A stretch of 64,000 nucleotides of DNA from NCBI GenBank assembly GCA_965223345.1, contig CBDCWG010000012.1:2432001-2496000 (forward strand), given 5' to 3'. The notes under the pieces are model-generated. The model did no database searches. It worked only from the letters and a program-made list of their open reading frames with translations, and was not told the DNA's origin. The DNA is from Nitrospinales bacterium (GTDB lineage Bacteria > Nitrospinota > Nitrospinia > Nitrospinales > VA-1). Position 1 is the stretch's first letter. Each line of letters starts with the position of its first letter. The position numbers and the translations under genes are program-made. Positions 50,989 to 59,904 of the stretch are shown piece by piece.

Positions 50989-51894
50989 ATGCGATCGATT
51001 TCAATGCGCCGGATCATTCCGGCCGCACTGTTGCTTATCATGGTTTTGCATTCCGCTCCCGCCCGGGCGCTGCCCATCAACAGCGACCTGGGGCTGACGC
51101 CGCACAAGGGAGAATTCATATTCCGCATATAAGGGAAATACCTGCGCAAGGGAGAGGACCCGACCGGGCAGGGGCGTACGGTCGATGAATACGTGGTTCC
51201 CTTTGTCGGGGTTTATGGTTTCACGGCCAAAACCTCTCTGCTCGTCAATCTGCCCTACATCCACCGGGAGCTGAAAACGCCCAACAGCCCGCGCCGCCTC
51301 GCGCGCGGCCTCGGCGATCTGACCCTGCTCGGCAAGCACCGGATCTTCACCCATAATTTCAAGGGCGGGACGTCGCGTTTCTCATTGATCGGGGGGCTGG
51401 AGTTGCCCACTGGCGATGATGACGAAGCCGATTCTTTAGGTCCGCTGCCGAAATCGCTGCAACCGGGTTCGGGGTCGGTGGATTTTCTGGCCGGCGGGGC
51501 GTTCACGTATCAGACCCTGGACCACGAGCTGGATGCGGATCTCCGCTATATCTTCAACCGGGAAGCCAACGACTTTGAGTTCTGCGACGTGTTTAAATAC
51601 AACCTGGCGTACCAGAGACGGGTTTGGCCGTCTATTCTCCCCGACAAGGAGATTTACAGCCAGTGGAACGCCGTTCTGGAACTCAACGGCGTGTATGAAG
51701 AGCGCGCCGAATCCCAGGGCAACGACGTCGCCAACTCCGGCGGGCACACCCTCTACCTGTCACCGGGCATTCAGTTCGTCAGCAAACGCATGGTGTATGA
51801 GTTTTCCTTTCAGTATCCCATCGTTCAGGAGCTGAACGGCCTGCAACTGGAGGCGGACTACTTGCTGGTTCTCAGCTTCCGCTATATTTTATAA
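50989..51894 (+). pseudogene. Outer-membrane beta-barrel transporter (Phenol_MetA_deg-like) interrupted by an in-frame TAA at 51130-51132
   Basis: ATG 50989, signal peptide ending ARA, LPINSDLGLTPHKGEFIFRI*GKYLRK, same frame as the tracked 51193 ORF; GLGDLTL, LELPTG, LQPGSGSVD and LELNG motifs. Confidence 0.8.
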
Positions 51895-51939
51895 ACTGCG
51901 TTCTCCTGCGGGAGGGCGTTTGCGAATAGGAGTGTCGTC

Positions 51940-52269
51940 GTGAATGCAAAAATAAAACCCGTCGTCCCGATCCTGTTTTTCGTGTTGCTCCTTCACGGAG
52001 TTTCCGTGTGGGCGGAAAAAACCGCGGAAGTCATCACCATTAAGGTGGAGGGTCTTTACTGCCCGTTCTGCGCTTATGGTCTGGAAAAGCAGCTCAAGAA
52101 ACTCGATGGCTATCAAAAGGTGGAGGTCAACCTCAAGCACGGCGTGGCCGAGCTGTATGTCGATTCCAGCGCCGCGGTTTCAGATGACGCCATCCAGAAA
52201 GCCGTGGAGGATGCGGGATTCGATTCGGCTTCCATCAAACGGGATGCGAAGAAGGAGGTAAAAGAGTGA
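51940..52269 (+). CDS. Periplasmic heavy-metal-associated (MerP/CopZ-like) protein
   Basis: Signal peptide; VEGLYCPFC and AVEDAGF motifs. Confidence 0.88.
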   Translation: MNAKIKPVVPILFFVLLLHGVSVWAEKTAEVITIKVEGLYCPFCAYGLEKQLKKLDGYQKVEVNLKHGVAELYVDSSAAVSDDAIQKAVEDAGFDSASIKRDAKKEVKE

Positions 52270-53279
52270 GCCGGATTTTTCGATCCGCGTTCGCACTCGT
52301 GCTGATCCTCCTTGCAGGCGAGGTTCACGGGCAGACCGCCTCCCTTTCTTTCTCATCTGCATTCGGGAAGGAGGGAAGCGGTCCCGGTGAATTCAACGAA
52401 CCGTTTGCGATCGCGTTGGATGGCGCGGGCCGCGTCTTTGTCGCCGATGCCCGCAACCACCGTGTGCAGGTGTTCGATTCGAGCGGGCGGTTTCTCGAAC
52501 AGTGGGGCGATCGGGGAAACGGGCCGGGGCAATTTGAAAAACCTTCCGGGCTGGCCGTCGATTCCGGGGGCAATGTGTATGTGGCCGATTACGATCTCGA
52601 CCGCATTCAGAAATTCAATGCCCAAGGCGAATACATCCTGCACTGGGGAACCGCGGGCAGAGAGCCGGGCGAGTTCAATTCGCCGACCGGACTGGCGATC
52701 GATGCCTCCGGGCAGGTGGTTGTGGCGGACATGTACAACCACCGCGTGCAGACATTCGACGCCAGGGGAAACCGGCTTTTACAGTGGGGCACGTACCATC
52801 CGATTTCGGTGTTCAAATCCTTTCTCAATTTCCTGTTCTGCCGGGAAGCAGAGGGGCGGTTCAACTATCCCGCCCGCCTCGCGGTGGGAAATGGGGATAA
52901 AGTGTACGTGTCCGATTCCTACAACAACCGGGTGCAGGTATTTTCCCGCGACGGAAAATTCCTTGCGCAATTCGGCGGTGTCGGGAGCTGGGGCGGGCGG
53001 TTTCGCGTCAGTTCCGGAATCGCCGTGGGTCCCGAGGGCCGTGTGTTCGTTGCGGATTTCTACAACCATCGCGTGCAGGTGTTTTCCTCGGATGGGGACT
53101 TCCTGGCGGAACTGGGTGAGGAAGGCAGCGGGCCGGGGCAGTTTCGCGGTCCCACCGACCTGGCCGTGGACGCTTCGGGGCGCGTGTGGGTCGCCGACTG
53201 GGGCAACCACCGGGTGCAGGTCCTGCAATGGCAGGATGAGGAGATGAACGTCTCCGGCGGAACGCAGTCCGGTGAATGA
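52266..53279 (+). CDS. Secreted NHL-repeat six-bladed beta-propeller
   Basis: Six repeats of GxGPGQFxxPxGxAxDxxGxVYVADxxNHRVQxF. Confidence 0.9.
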   Translation: MSRIFRSAFALVLILLAGEVHGQTASLSFSSAFGKEGSGPGEFNEPFAIALDGAGRVFVADARNHRVQVFDSSGRFLEQWGDRGNGPGQFEKPSGLAVDSGGNVYVADYDLDRIQKFNAQGEYILHWGTAGREPGEFNSPTGLAIDASGQVVVADMYNHRVQTFDARGNRLLQWGTYHPISVFKSFLNFLFCREAEGRFNYPARLAVGNGDKVYVSDSYNNRVQVFSRDGKFLAQFGGVGSWGGRFRVSSGIAVGPEGRVFVADFYNHRVQVFSSDGDFLAELGEEGSGPGQFRGPTDLAVDASGRVWVADWGNHRVQVLQWQDEEMNVSGGTQSGE

Positions 53280-53285
53280 GGTTTC

Positions 53286-53597
53286 ATGAAAATTGAATTT
53301 TACTATTTTTCAGCCTGTGCGAACCATGAAGCGGCTTTGCAGCGTTTGCAGGATGTTCTTGACCGGGAAAGCATCGGGGCTTCCATCACGAGAATCGAAG
53401 TGACTTCTGAGGAAATGGCCCGATCCTGCCGCTTTCCGGGATCGCCCACGATTCGTATTGATGGAGTGGACATCGAACCGGATGCGCCAACGGAATACGG
53501 TATGAAATGCAGGATTTACGATACGCCGCAGGGGCCGGCAGGGGTTCCCCCTGAAGCTATGATCCGCAAGGCTCTCATCCTACGCGGTGATGGATGA
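53286..53597 (+). CDS. Small thioredoxin-fold protein (DUF2703-like)
   Basis: YFSACANH, FPGSPTIRIDGVDI and CRIY...GVPP motifs. Confidence 0.75.
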   Translation: MKIEFYYFSACANHEAALQRLQDVLDRESIGASITRIEVTSEEMARSCRFPGSPTIRIDGVDIEPDAPTEYGMKCRIYDTPQGPAGVPPEAMIRKALILRGDG

Positions 53598-53612
53598 AGA
53601 TTTGGAGCAAAA

Positions 53613-53644
53613 AAAATCCTCTCCCCAAACGGGGAGAGGATTTT
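53613..53644. terminator. Bidirectional terminator between convergent genes
   Basis: aaaatcctctcccc-aaac-ggggagaggatttt, a perfect 14-bp stem. Confidence 0.8.
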
Positions 53645-53664
53645 GAAACGCTCATACTTCTTGG

Positions 53665-56004
53665 TTAAGGTGTTGTGCGCCAGACGTCGTTTTTGAGCGT
53701 GCCTCCGCCTCCGAGTGCCCACATCTTACTGTCGAAAACCGATGCTGCAAATTGATTGCGAATCGACCAGCCGGCACTCGCGGTGGCCTGAGTCCAGGTA
53801 GCGCCGTCGGTGCTGTGCCAAACATCGTTGGTATCGCTGGTGCCGTTGAATCCACCCAGCACCCACATTTTTTCATCGTAGACCAGTGCCTGATGGTTGC
53901 GGCGTGCAGACCAGTTGGCGGCTGCCGTGGCCTGGGTCCAGGTGACGCCGTCGGTGCTGGACCAGACGTCGTTCAGGTTGCTGCCGTTGTAGCCGCCCAG
54001 AACCCACATCTTACTGTCGTGGGTCAGAGCCAGATGTGTGGATCGCGCTGACCAGTTGGCGGCTGCGGTGGCCTGAGTCCAGGTGACGCCGTCGGTGCTG
54101 TGCCAGACGTCGTTTTTGCTGCCCGGTGCGTTGCCACCCATCACCCACATTTTCCCGTCGTGGACTGTGGCCGCCAATTCGTTGCGAGCGGACCAGTTGG
54201 CGGCTGCGGTGGCCTGGGTCCAGGTAACGCCGTCGGTGCTGTGCCAGACATCGTTGCGGTCGCTGCCGTCGTGCCCGCCCAGCACCCACATTTTATTGTC
54301 GAAGACCAACGTTCGATGCGCGACCCGCGCCGACCAGCCCGCATTGGCGGTGGCCTGGGTCCAGGTGCTGCCGTCCGTGCTGTACCAGACGTCGTTGCGG
54401 TTGCTGCCGTCCCAGCCGCCCAGCACCCACATTTTTCCATCGTAGGTCAAAGCCTGATGCCGTTTCCGGGCCGACCACGCGGCGTTCGCCGTCACCTGTG
54501 CCCAATTGGACCCATCGTGCAATCCCTTTTCTGCGATGGGAAGGAACACGTCGGAATCGCCCTGGCTGTTTGCCAATTCCAGACTGTAACTGCCTCCCAG
54601 AAGCGGTTCGGGCAGGCCGATGATGACCTGCTGCTGGGTGGAATTCGGGATGCTGCCTTTGTAGAGGACGGTCAGTGCCGTGCTGCCGCCCAGGGTGACG
54701 GTGGGATCGGTCTGCCCGATGAACAGATCGGTGCCATTGAGATCGAGGGAAGGGACGGTGCCGGTGCCGGGGTCGAAATTGATTTCCCCCGCATAGTTGA
54801 TTTTGACTCCATCGGCGCTGTCCTTGCCGCTCACTCCCGGATCTCCCTGGGGGCCTGCGGGGCCCGTTGCACCGGTCGCTCCAGCCGGACCGGCCGGACC
54901 CTGCGGACCCGTGGCTCCTTGAGGACCTTGCGGTCCTGCAGGGCCGGTGTCTCCGGTATCCCCTTTATCGCCCTTCGGTCCGGGAGTCAGCTCGATGGTG
55001 TCGATCTGCTGTTGAAGGTCGGCGATGTCTGCGGTGAGCCCTGTGATCTGATCGCTGGCATGCCACACGTCGTTTTTAACTGTACTGCCACCGCCAAGCA
55101 CCCAGATTTTATCGTCATGGACCAGAGCCATGTATTGAACCCGAATAGACCATCCGGCACTCGCGGTGTCCTGAGTCCAGTTGATACCGTCGGAACTTGC
55201 CCAGACGTCATTGAGATCGCTGCTGCCGAAACCGCCCAGGACCCACATCCTTTCATCGTAGACCACGGCCTGGTGGGTGCGGCGGTCGGACCAGTCTGCG
55301 TTTGCGGTGGCCTGAGTCCAGGTGCTGCCGTTGCTGCTGTACCAGACATCGTTCAGGTTGTTGGTGCCGTCGTAGCCGCCCAAGACCCACATTTTGCTGT
55401 CGTGCACCAAAGCCTGGTGGGCGGACCGGTCGGACCAGTTTGCGTTGGCGGTGGCCTGGGTCCAGGTGATGCCGTTGGTGCTGTGCCAGACATCGTTTAG
55501 GAAGTTGGTGCCGTTGAATCCGCCCAGGACCCACATTTTACTGTCGTGCACCACGGCTCGAAAGTCCGTCCGGTCGGACCAGTTTGCGTTGGCGGTGGCC
55601 TGGGTCCAGGTGACGCCGTCGGTGCTGTGCCAGACGTCGTTCAAATCCCCGTTGCCGTCTTGTCCTCCCATCACCCACATTTTCCCATCGAACACCACAG
55701 CGCGGTGTGCCACGCGTTTGGACCAGGCCGCATTGGCGGTGGCCTGAGTCCAGGTGATCCCGTCTGTGCTGGACCAGACGTCGTTGCGGTTGGTGGTGTC
55801 GAAACCGCCCAGGACCCACATTTTGTTGTCGTAGACCAGAGCCTGATGCCGCTTGCGCGCCGACCAGTCTGCCGATGCGGTGGCTTCGGTCCAGTCGGTC
55901 AGCGGGATGGTGGCTTCCGCGGGCAGAGACCACGCGAAAAAGATGAATGTGAGTAAGTAAAGCGCGGGGGTGCGAAAGAATTCATGGAGGGTCGTTCTTT
56001 TCAT
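53665..56004 (-). CDS. Secreted protein: Kelch-like propeller, coiled coil, collagen (Gly-X-Y)18, beta domain, second Kelch-like propeller
   Basis: Two sets of six WTQATAxAxWSxRxxHxxxVxDxKMWVLGG...NDVWxSTDG repeats; collagen at 54820-54981; signal peptide ending AEA. Confidence 0.88.
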   Translation of the reverse strand: MKRTTLHEFFRTPALYLLTFIFFAWSLPAEATIPLTDWTEATASADWSARKRHQALVYDNKMWVLGGFDTTNRNDVWSSTDGITWTQATANAAWSKRVAHRAVVFDGKMWVMGGQDGNGDLNDVWHSTDGVTWTQATANANWSDRTDFRAVVHDSKMWVLGGFNGTNFLNDVWHSTNGITWTQATANANWSDRSAHQALVHDSKMWVLGGYDGTNNLNDVWYSSNGSTWTQATANADWSDRRTHQAVVYDERMWVLGGFGSSDLNDVWASSDGINWTQDTASAGWSIRVQYMALVHDDKIWVLGGGSTVKNDVWHASDQITGLTADIADLQQQIDTIELTPGPKGDKGDTGDTGPAGPQGPQGATGPQGPAGPAGATGATGPAGPQGDPGVSGKDSADGVKINYAGEINFDPGTGTVPSLDLNGTDLFIGQTDPTVTLGGSTALTVLYKGSIPNSTQQQVIIGLPEPLLGGSYSLELANSQGDSDVFLPIAEKGLHDGSNWAQVTANAAWSARKRHQALTYDGKMWVLGGWDGSNRNDVWYSTDGSTWTQATANAGWSARVAHRTLVFDNKMWVLGGHDGSDRNDVWHSTDGVTWTQATAAANWSARNELAATVHDGKMWVMGGNAPGSKNDVWHSTDGVTWTQATAAANWSARSTHLALTHDSKMWVLGGYNGSNLNDVWSSTDGVTWTQATAAANWSARRNHQALVYDEKMWVLGGFNGTSDTNDVWHSTDGATWTQATASAGWSIRNQFAASVFDSKMWALGGGGTLKNDVWRTTP

Positions 56005-56237
56005 AACAGTTCTCACTCATTGTATAGAACATGGAAAAAAAGAGGCTCTCAAAATTTGAAGTTGTGAGAGAGGTCGGGGGGATGGGGTTTTCTAAAAAGT
56101 GGGACGGGTGTGAGGGCCGTCTGTTACTGTAATGATCGGACAGGAAGGTGTAATACTTAAATGACAGGGTGAGAACGGTCTTCGCTTTTCGTTAGAATAC
56201 GGTTGGAAGCTGCAAAAGGAGTTTACACAGGGAAAGC

Positions 56238-56272
56238 AAAAAAAAACGACGCCCCCGTCGAGGGCGCCGTTT
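56238..56272 (-). terminator. Rho-independent terminator after ahcY
   Basis: Minus strand aaacggcgccc-tcgacgg-gggcgtcgttt followed by a T run. Confidence 0.75.
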
Positions 56273-56297
56273 GAGAGAAGGTGTTTTTTTAAAGGAA

Positions 56298-57605
56298 TCA
56301 GTAGCGGTAAAACTCCGGTTTGTAGGGGCCTTCGACCGGGATGTTGAGGTATTCGGCCTGATCCTTGGTGAGCTTGGTCAGCTTGACGCCCAGTTTTTCC
56401 AGATGCAGCCGCGCCACTTCCTCGTCGAGCTTTTTCGGCAGGGTGTAGACGCCGATCTCGTATTTGTTCTTGTACAGCTCGATCTGGGCCAGCACCTGGT
56501 TGGTGAAGGAGTTGGACATCACGAACGAAGGGTGGCCGGTGGCGCAGCCCAGGTTCACCAGCCGTCCTTCGGCCAGCAGGATGATGCTGTTGCCGTTGGG
56601 GAAGGTGTATTTGTCCACCTGCGGCTTGATGTTGGTCTTCTGGATTTTCGGGAAATTGTTCAACTGCTCGACCTGGATTTCGATGTCGAAGTGGCCGATG
56701 TTGCAGACGATGGCGTCGTCCTTCATCTTCTGCATGTGATCGATGGTGACGATGTCTTTGCAGCCGGTGGTGGTGACGTAGATGTTGCCCTCGCTCAGGG
56801 CGTCTTCCATCGTGGTGACTTCGTAGCCTTCCATCGCCGCCTGCAGGGCGCAGATGGGGTCGATTTCGGTGACCAGCACGCGGGCGCCGAGATCGCGCAT
56901 GGATTTGGCGCAGCCCTTGCCGACGTCGCCGTATCCTGCGACCACCACCACTTTGCCCGCCACCATGATGTCCGTGGCGCGTTTGATGCCGTCGGCCAGG
57001 GACTCGCGGCAGCCGTATAGGTTGTCGAATTTCGATTTGGTCACCGAGTCGTTGACGTTCATGGCGGGCGTCTTTAAGGTTTTGTCCTGCAACATCTTGT
57101 ACAGCTTGTGCACGCCGGTGGTGGTTTCCTCGGTGATGCCCTTGATGTTGTCCATCAGGTCCGGGTGGTTTTTGTGCACGTAATAGGTCAGATCGCCGCC
57201 GTCGTCCAAAATCATGTTGGGGCCCTGGTCGTTGTCGAACAGCAGGGTCTGGCCGGTGCACCACCAGTATTCGTCTTCGGTTTCGCCTTTCCAGGCGAAC
57301 ACGGGGATGCCCTTTTTCGCGATGGCGGCGGCCGCGTGGTCCTGGGTTGAGAAGATGTTGCAGGAGGCCCAGCGCACCTCGGCCCCGAGCTCGATCAGCG
57401 TTTCGATGAGGACCGCGGTCTGGATGGTCATGTGCAGGGAACCGGCGATCCGGGCCCCTTTGAGCGGCTTGGATTTCCCGTATTTCTCCCGCAGCGCCAT
57501 CAATCCGGGCATTTCCTTCTCGGCCAGGATGATTTCCTCGCGTCCCCAATCGGCAAGAGATAGATCGGCTACTTTGAACTTTTCAGCGGCAAGGGCTGTG
57601 GACAT
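56298..57605 (-). CDS. ahcY: Adenosylhomocysteinase
   Basis: [51 protein letters not shown] and C-terminal YRY. Confidence 0.97.
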   Translation of the reverse strand: MSTALAAEKFKVADLSLADWGREEIILAEKEMPGLMALREKYGKSKPLKGARIAGSLHMTIQTAVLIETLIELGAEVRWASCNIFSTQDHAAAAIAKKGIPVFAWKGETEDEYWWCTGQTLLFDNDQGPNMILDDGGDLTYYVHKNHPDLMDNIKGITEETTTGVHKLYKMLQDKTLKTPAMNVNDSVTKSKFDNLYGCRESLADGIKRATDIMVAGKVVVVAGYGDVGKGCAKSMRDLGARVLVTEIDPICALQAAMEGYEVTTMEDALSEGNIYVTTTGCKDIVTIDHMQKMKDDAIVCNIGHFDIEIQVEQLNNFPKIQKTNIKPQVDKYTFPNGNSIILLAEGRLVNLGCATGHPSFVMSNSFTNQVLAQIELYKNKYEIGVYTLPKKLDEEVARLHLEKLGVKLTKLTKDQAEYLNIPVEGPYKPEFYRY

Positions 57606-57878
57606 GCGTGACTCCTCCGTGTTTGATTGTGTATCGGGTGGTGACGTGCGGGGAATGAAATATTCCCCTCGATTCCCTGGGAAACCGGTATTATAACTTC
57701 CTGTAAAGGTTTTGGTTAACCCGGTGGGATGAAAGGTCCAACCCCTTTAGTGTAAAGGATTATCGCGGATTCGTCCACCACAACCTTTGGGGAAGGGCAG
57801 CAAAAACCGCCCTGTCCGCCCCTTGATTTACAGTGAAAGCTTTATAGGAGGCTCCGGCGGCGTCCGGACAGGAAAGCC

Positions 57879-58193
57879 ATGATCGAGGTGACAGACGTCA
57901 AGGTGTACCCCTTCGAAATGGGGGATGATTCTTATAACGTAAAAGCTTACGCCGATGTCACCCTGGCCGGCTGCCTGACGCTCAAGGGCATCCGGGTGAT
58001 GGAAACCCGGCACGGCGGGCTGTTCATCAGCTTTCCCTCGCAGCGGGGCCGGCGCGACGGGGAATTCCGCGACCTGATCGTGCCGGAGACCGGGGAGTTC
58101 AAATCCTACCTGCGCGACCAGGTGGTCGCCGCCTACAAGGAGGCCGTCGGCTGGCAGCCGAAGGGGGAACGCGATGAGCCGGAGGCGGAGTGA
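57879..58193 (+). CDS. spoVG: SpoVG family nucleic-acid-binding protein
   Basis: VTDVKV, KAYADVT, GIRV, GLFISFPS and DGEFRD motifs. Confidence 0.85.
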   Translation: MIEVTDVKVYPFEMGDDSYNVKAYADVTLAGCLTLKGIRVMETRHGGLFISFPSQRGRRDGEFRDLIVPETGEFKSYLRDQVVAAYKEAVGWQPKGERDEPEAE

Positions 58194-58233
58194 ATGCGCT
58201 ACAGGGGGAGCACTGGAAAGACGAAAAAAAGTG

Positions 58234-58398
58234 GACAGGATAACAGGATAGAAGATCCGGATTAAAGACCAGCAATAGAAACAACAAACAAAAAACGGGG
58301 TCACCGCAAAGACGCAGAGGGCGCAAAGAAAAAAGGGCGGCAATGGGCTACAGAAAACTGTCACCCTGAGCTTGTCGAAGGGTGACTGGGGGAGGGGG
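58234..58398 (+). repeat. Left arm of a composite inverted repeat (motifs A, caaaaaacgg, B, C, D)
   Basis: gacaggataacaggatagaa; accgcaaagacgcagagggcgcaaagaaaaa; gtcaccctgagcttgtcgaagggtgac; ctgggggaggggg. Confidence 0.85.
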
Positions 58399-58399
58399 A

Positions 58400-58738
58400 C
58401 TAATGGTCTTGATTTGAGCGATTGGTGAGATATGGCTGAAAATCTTTCTTGATACGCTTAAAGCCATCCTGGTCTGTATATAGCGCCACTGATATTCCTA
58501 TGAACCAGAAAATAATGAATAAAATAAAACAAACGAAAGCTTTATTTCTATATTGAACACCTTGCCCTGTTAGATATTTTCTCATGTAAAGGGAGAAACC
58601 GGTTGCACGCAAAATAAACGGTGCCGGTTTTTGCTGCCCATACATCTTGAATGTAAAGATCATTGCTAAAATTGCTAGAACCATGCCGCTAAATACGGCA
58701 ATGAAAATGACCGCGTTTAGTATGTTTTCAATAACCAT
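58400..58738 (-). CDS. Hypothetical AT-rich 2-TM membrane protein
   Basis: 112 aa with two hydrophobic segments, AT-rich. Confidence 0.6.
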   Translation of the reverse strand: MVIENILNAVIFIAVFSGMVLAILAMIFTFKMYGQQKPAPFILRATGFSLYMRKYLTGQGVQYRNKAFVCFILFIIFWFIGISVALYTDQDGFKRIKKDFQPYLTNRSNQDH

Positions 58739-58767
58739 ATATTAATCCGGTGTTATAAAAAGAGAAA

Positions 58768-59157
58768 TCAACCCGCCTTGGCTTCGCGCAGGACTTTGAT
58801 CTCGACTGTGAGTTTGGCGTTTTCGGGGATGATGCCGGGGATGCCCTTTTCCCCGTAGGCTAGGTGCGGGCTGATGGACACTTTGCGGAAGCCGCCTATC
58901 TTCATCCCCTGCACGGCGTAGAAGATGCCGGCGATCAGGTTTTCCCGGTCGATGCGGGTGCGGTGCTCGAAGAAACCGTCCTCGTGGACTTTCCGGTTGT
59001 CGTCCCACGAGTGGCTGATGCACTTGTCGGGAGTGGTGACGATCTCACCCTGATTCAACGCCACGCGGATCGCCAGAATGTAATTGCACTGGCGCTGCAC
59101 CTCCGGCCCGTCCCCTTCGGTTTCCTCCAACAGCTTCACGCCTTTTTTGAGCCACAT
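58768..59157 (-). CDS. FKBP-type peptidyl-prolyl isomerase family protein
   Basis: LIAGI...GMKIGGFRKVSISPHLAYG...IPENAKLTVEI. Confidence 0.85.
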   Translation of the reverse strand: MWLKKGVKLLEETEGDGPEVQRQCNYILAIRVALNQGEIVTTPDKCISHSWDDNRKVHEDGFFEHRTRIDRENLIAGIFYAVQGMKIGGFRKVSISPHLAYGEKGIPGIIPENAKLTVEIKVLREAKAG

Positions 59158-59211
59158 GATTTAGAAAGACTCTTTATTGTTAACAATGCTATTGCCAGTT
59201 TTTAGTGTTGT

Positions 59212-59694
59212 TTATTGGTAGAGAAAAACATATAAATCCTCTCTGATTTTTTCGAATCTTTTTTGCAATTCCCAGCCTTCCAACGTAATAGATCCTTCTT
59301 TGGATCGAATTGTCAGAGCACTTAGGTCAAATCTACTCTTTGCTGAACTATGGTCATGGCCCGGATACCCTAAGGTTCTAGTAATGCTCGCTGACTGTTC
59401 AGGTTCTATAGATAGAACAATGGAGCATTTTTCTTTGTTCAGAAAGTATCTTTCCTCTGAGATTCTCACCCAATCTCCCGTATTGAACCTCCACAAACTG
59501 TCCTGCGTCACTTCAGGATGAGATATGCTTTGTGTTGGGCAAAATTCTTCTCCGGTTTCTGAATGTATAACAGTTTTGATTGAGTAATTAATTTTAATCG
59601 ATTCATTCGTTTCGTTGGTGATCACAAACCGGGTGAGGTAACTGCATCCTGTAAGTAGCAATAGGATTGTAAAAGCCGTGAGATATTTTTTCAT
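59212..59694 (-). CDS. Hypothetical AT-rich lipoprotein
   Basis: MKKYLTAFTILLLLTGC lipobox, AT-rich. Confidence 0.7.
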   Translation of the reverse strand: MKKYLTAFTILLLLTGCSYLTRFVITNETNESIKINYSIKTVIHSETGEEFCPTQSISHPEVTQDSLWRFNTGDWVRISEERYFLNKEKCSIVLSIEPEQSASITRTLGYPGHDHSSAKSRFDLSALTIRSKEGSITLEGWELQKRFEKIREDLYVFLYQ

Positions 59695-59697
59695 TTT

Positions 59698-59893
59698 CCC
59701 CCTCACCCAGCCCCTTCGTCCTTCGACAGACTCAGGATGACTCAGGGGCTGCCCTCTCCCTCCAGGGGAGAGGGATATTGAAGAAGGTTTCTTTAGGCCT
59801 TTCTGTTTTTCTTTGCGCTCTTTGCGTCTTTGCGGTCAAAAAGATTTCCGTTTTTTGCTTTTATCCCAAAGGTTTCTATCCTGTAATCCTGTC
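59698..59893 (-). repeat. Right arm of the composite inverted repeat, containing nested REP-like units
   Basis: Reverse complements of the left-arm motifs occur in mirror order (D 59698, C 59719, B 59806, ccgttttttg 59848, A 59874). Confidence 0.85.
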
Positions 59894-59904
59894 TGATTCT
59901 CTTT

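Noticed and set aside
53286..53597. Selenoprotein in the thioredoxin-like gene
   Set aside because: There is no in-frame TGA. The Cys codons are ordinary.
53665..55900. Regular ~140-nt DNA repeats resembling a CRISPR array or DGR template
   Set aside because: They are in-frame protein-coding propeller blades. There are no unique spacers and no cas or reverse transcriptase gene.
57606..57878. SAH or SAM riboswitch upstream of ahcY
   Set aside because: I could not find the SAH consensus (GAGGAGCGCUGC...AGGCUC) or a SAM-I core. Only short hairpins are present.
58739..59211. Integron attC sites between the cargo genes
   Set aside because: The spacers are 29 and 54 nt without convincing RYYYAAC/GTTRRRY-bounded palindromes, and there is no integrase.
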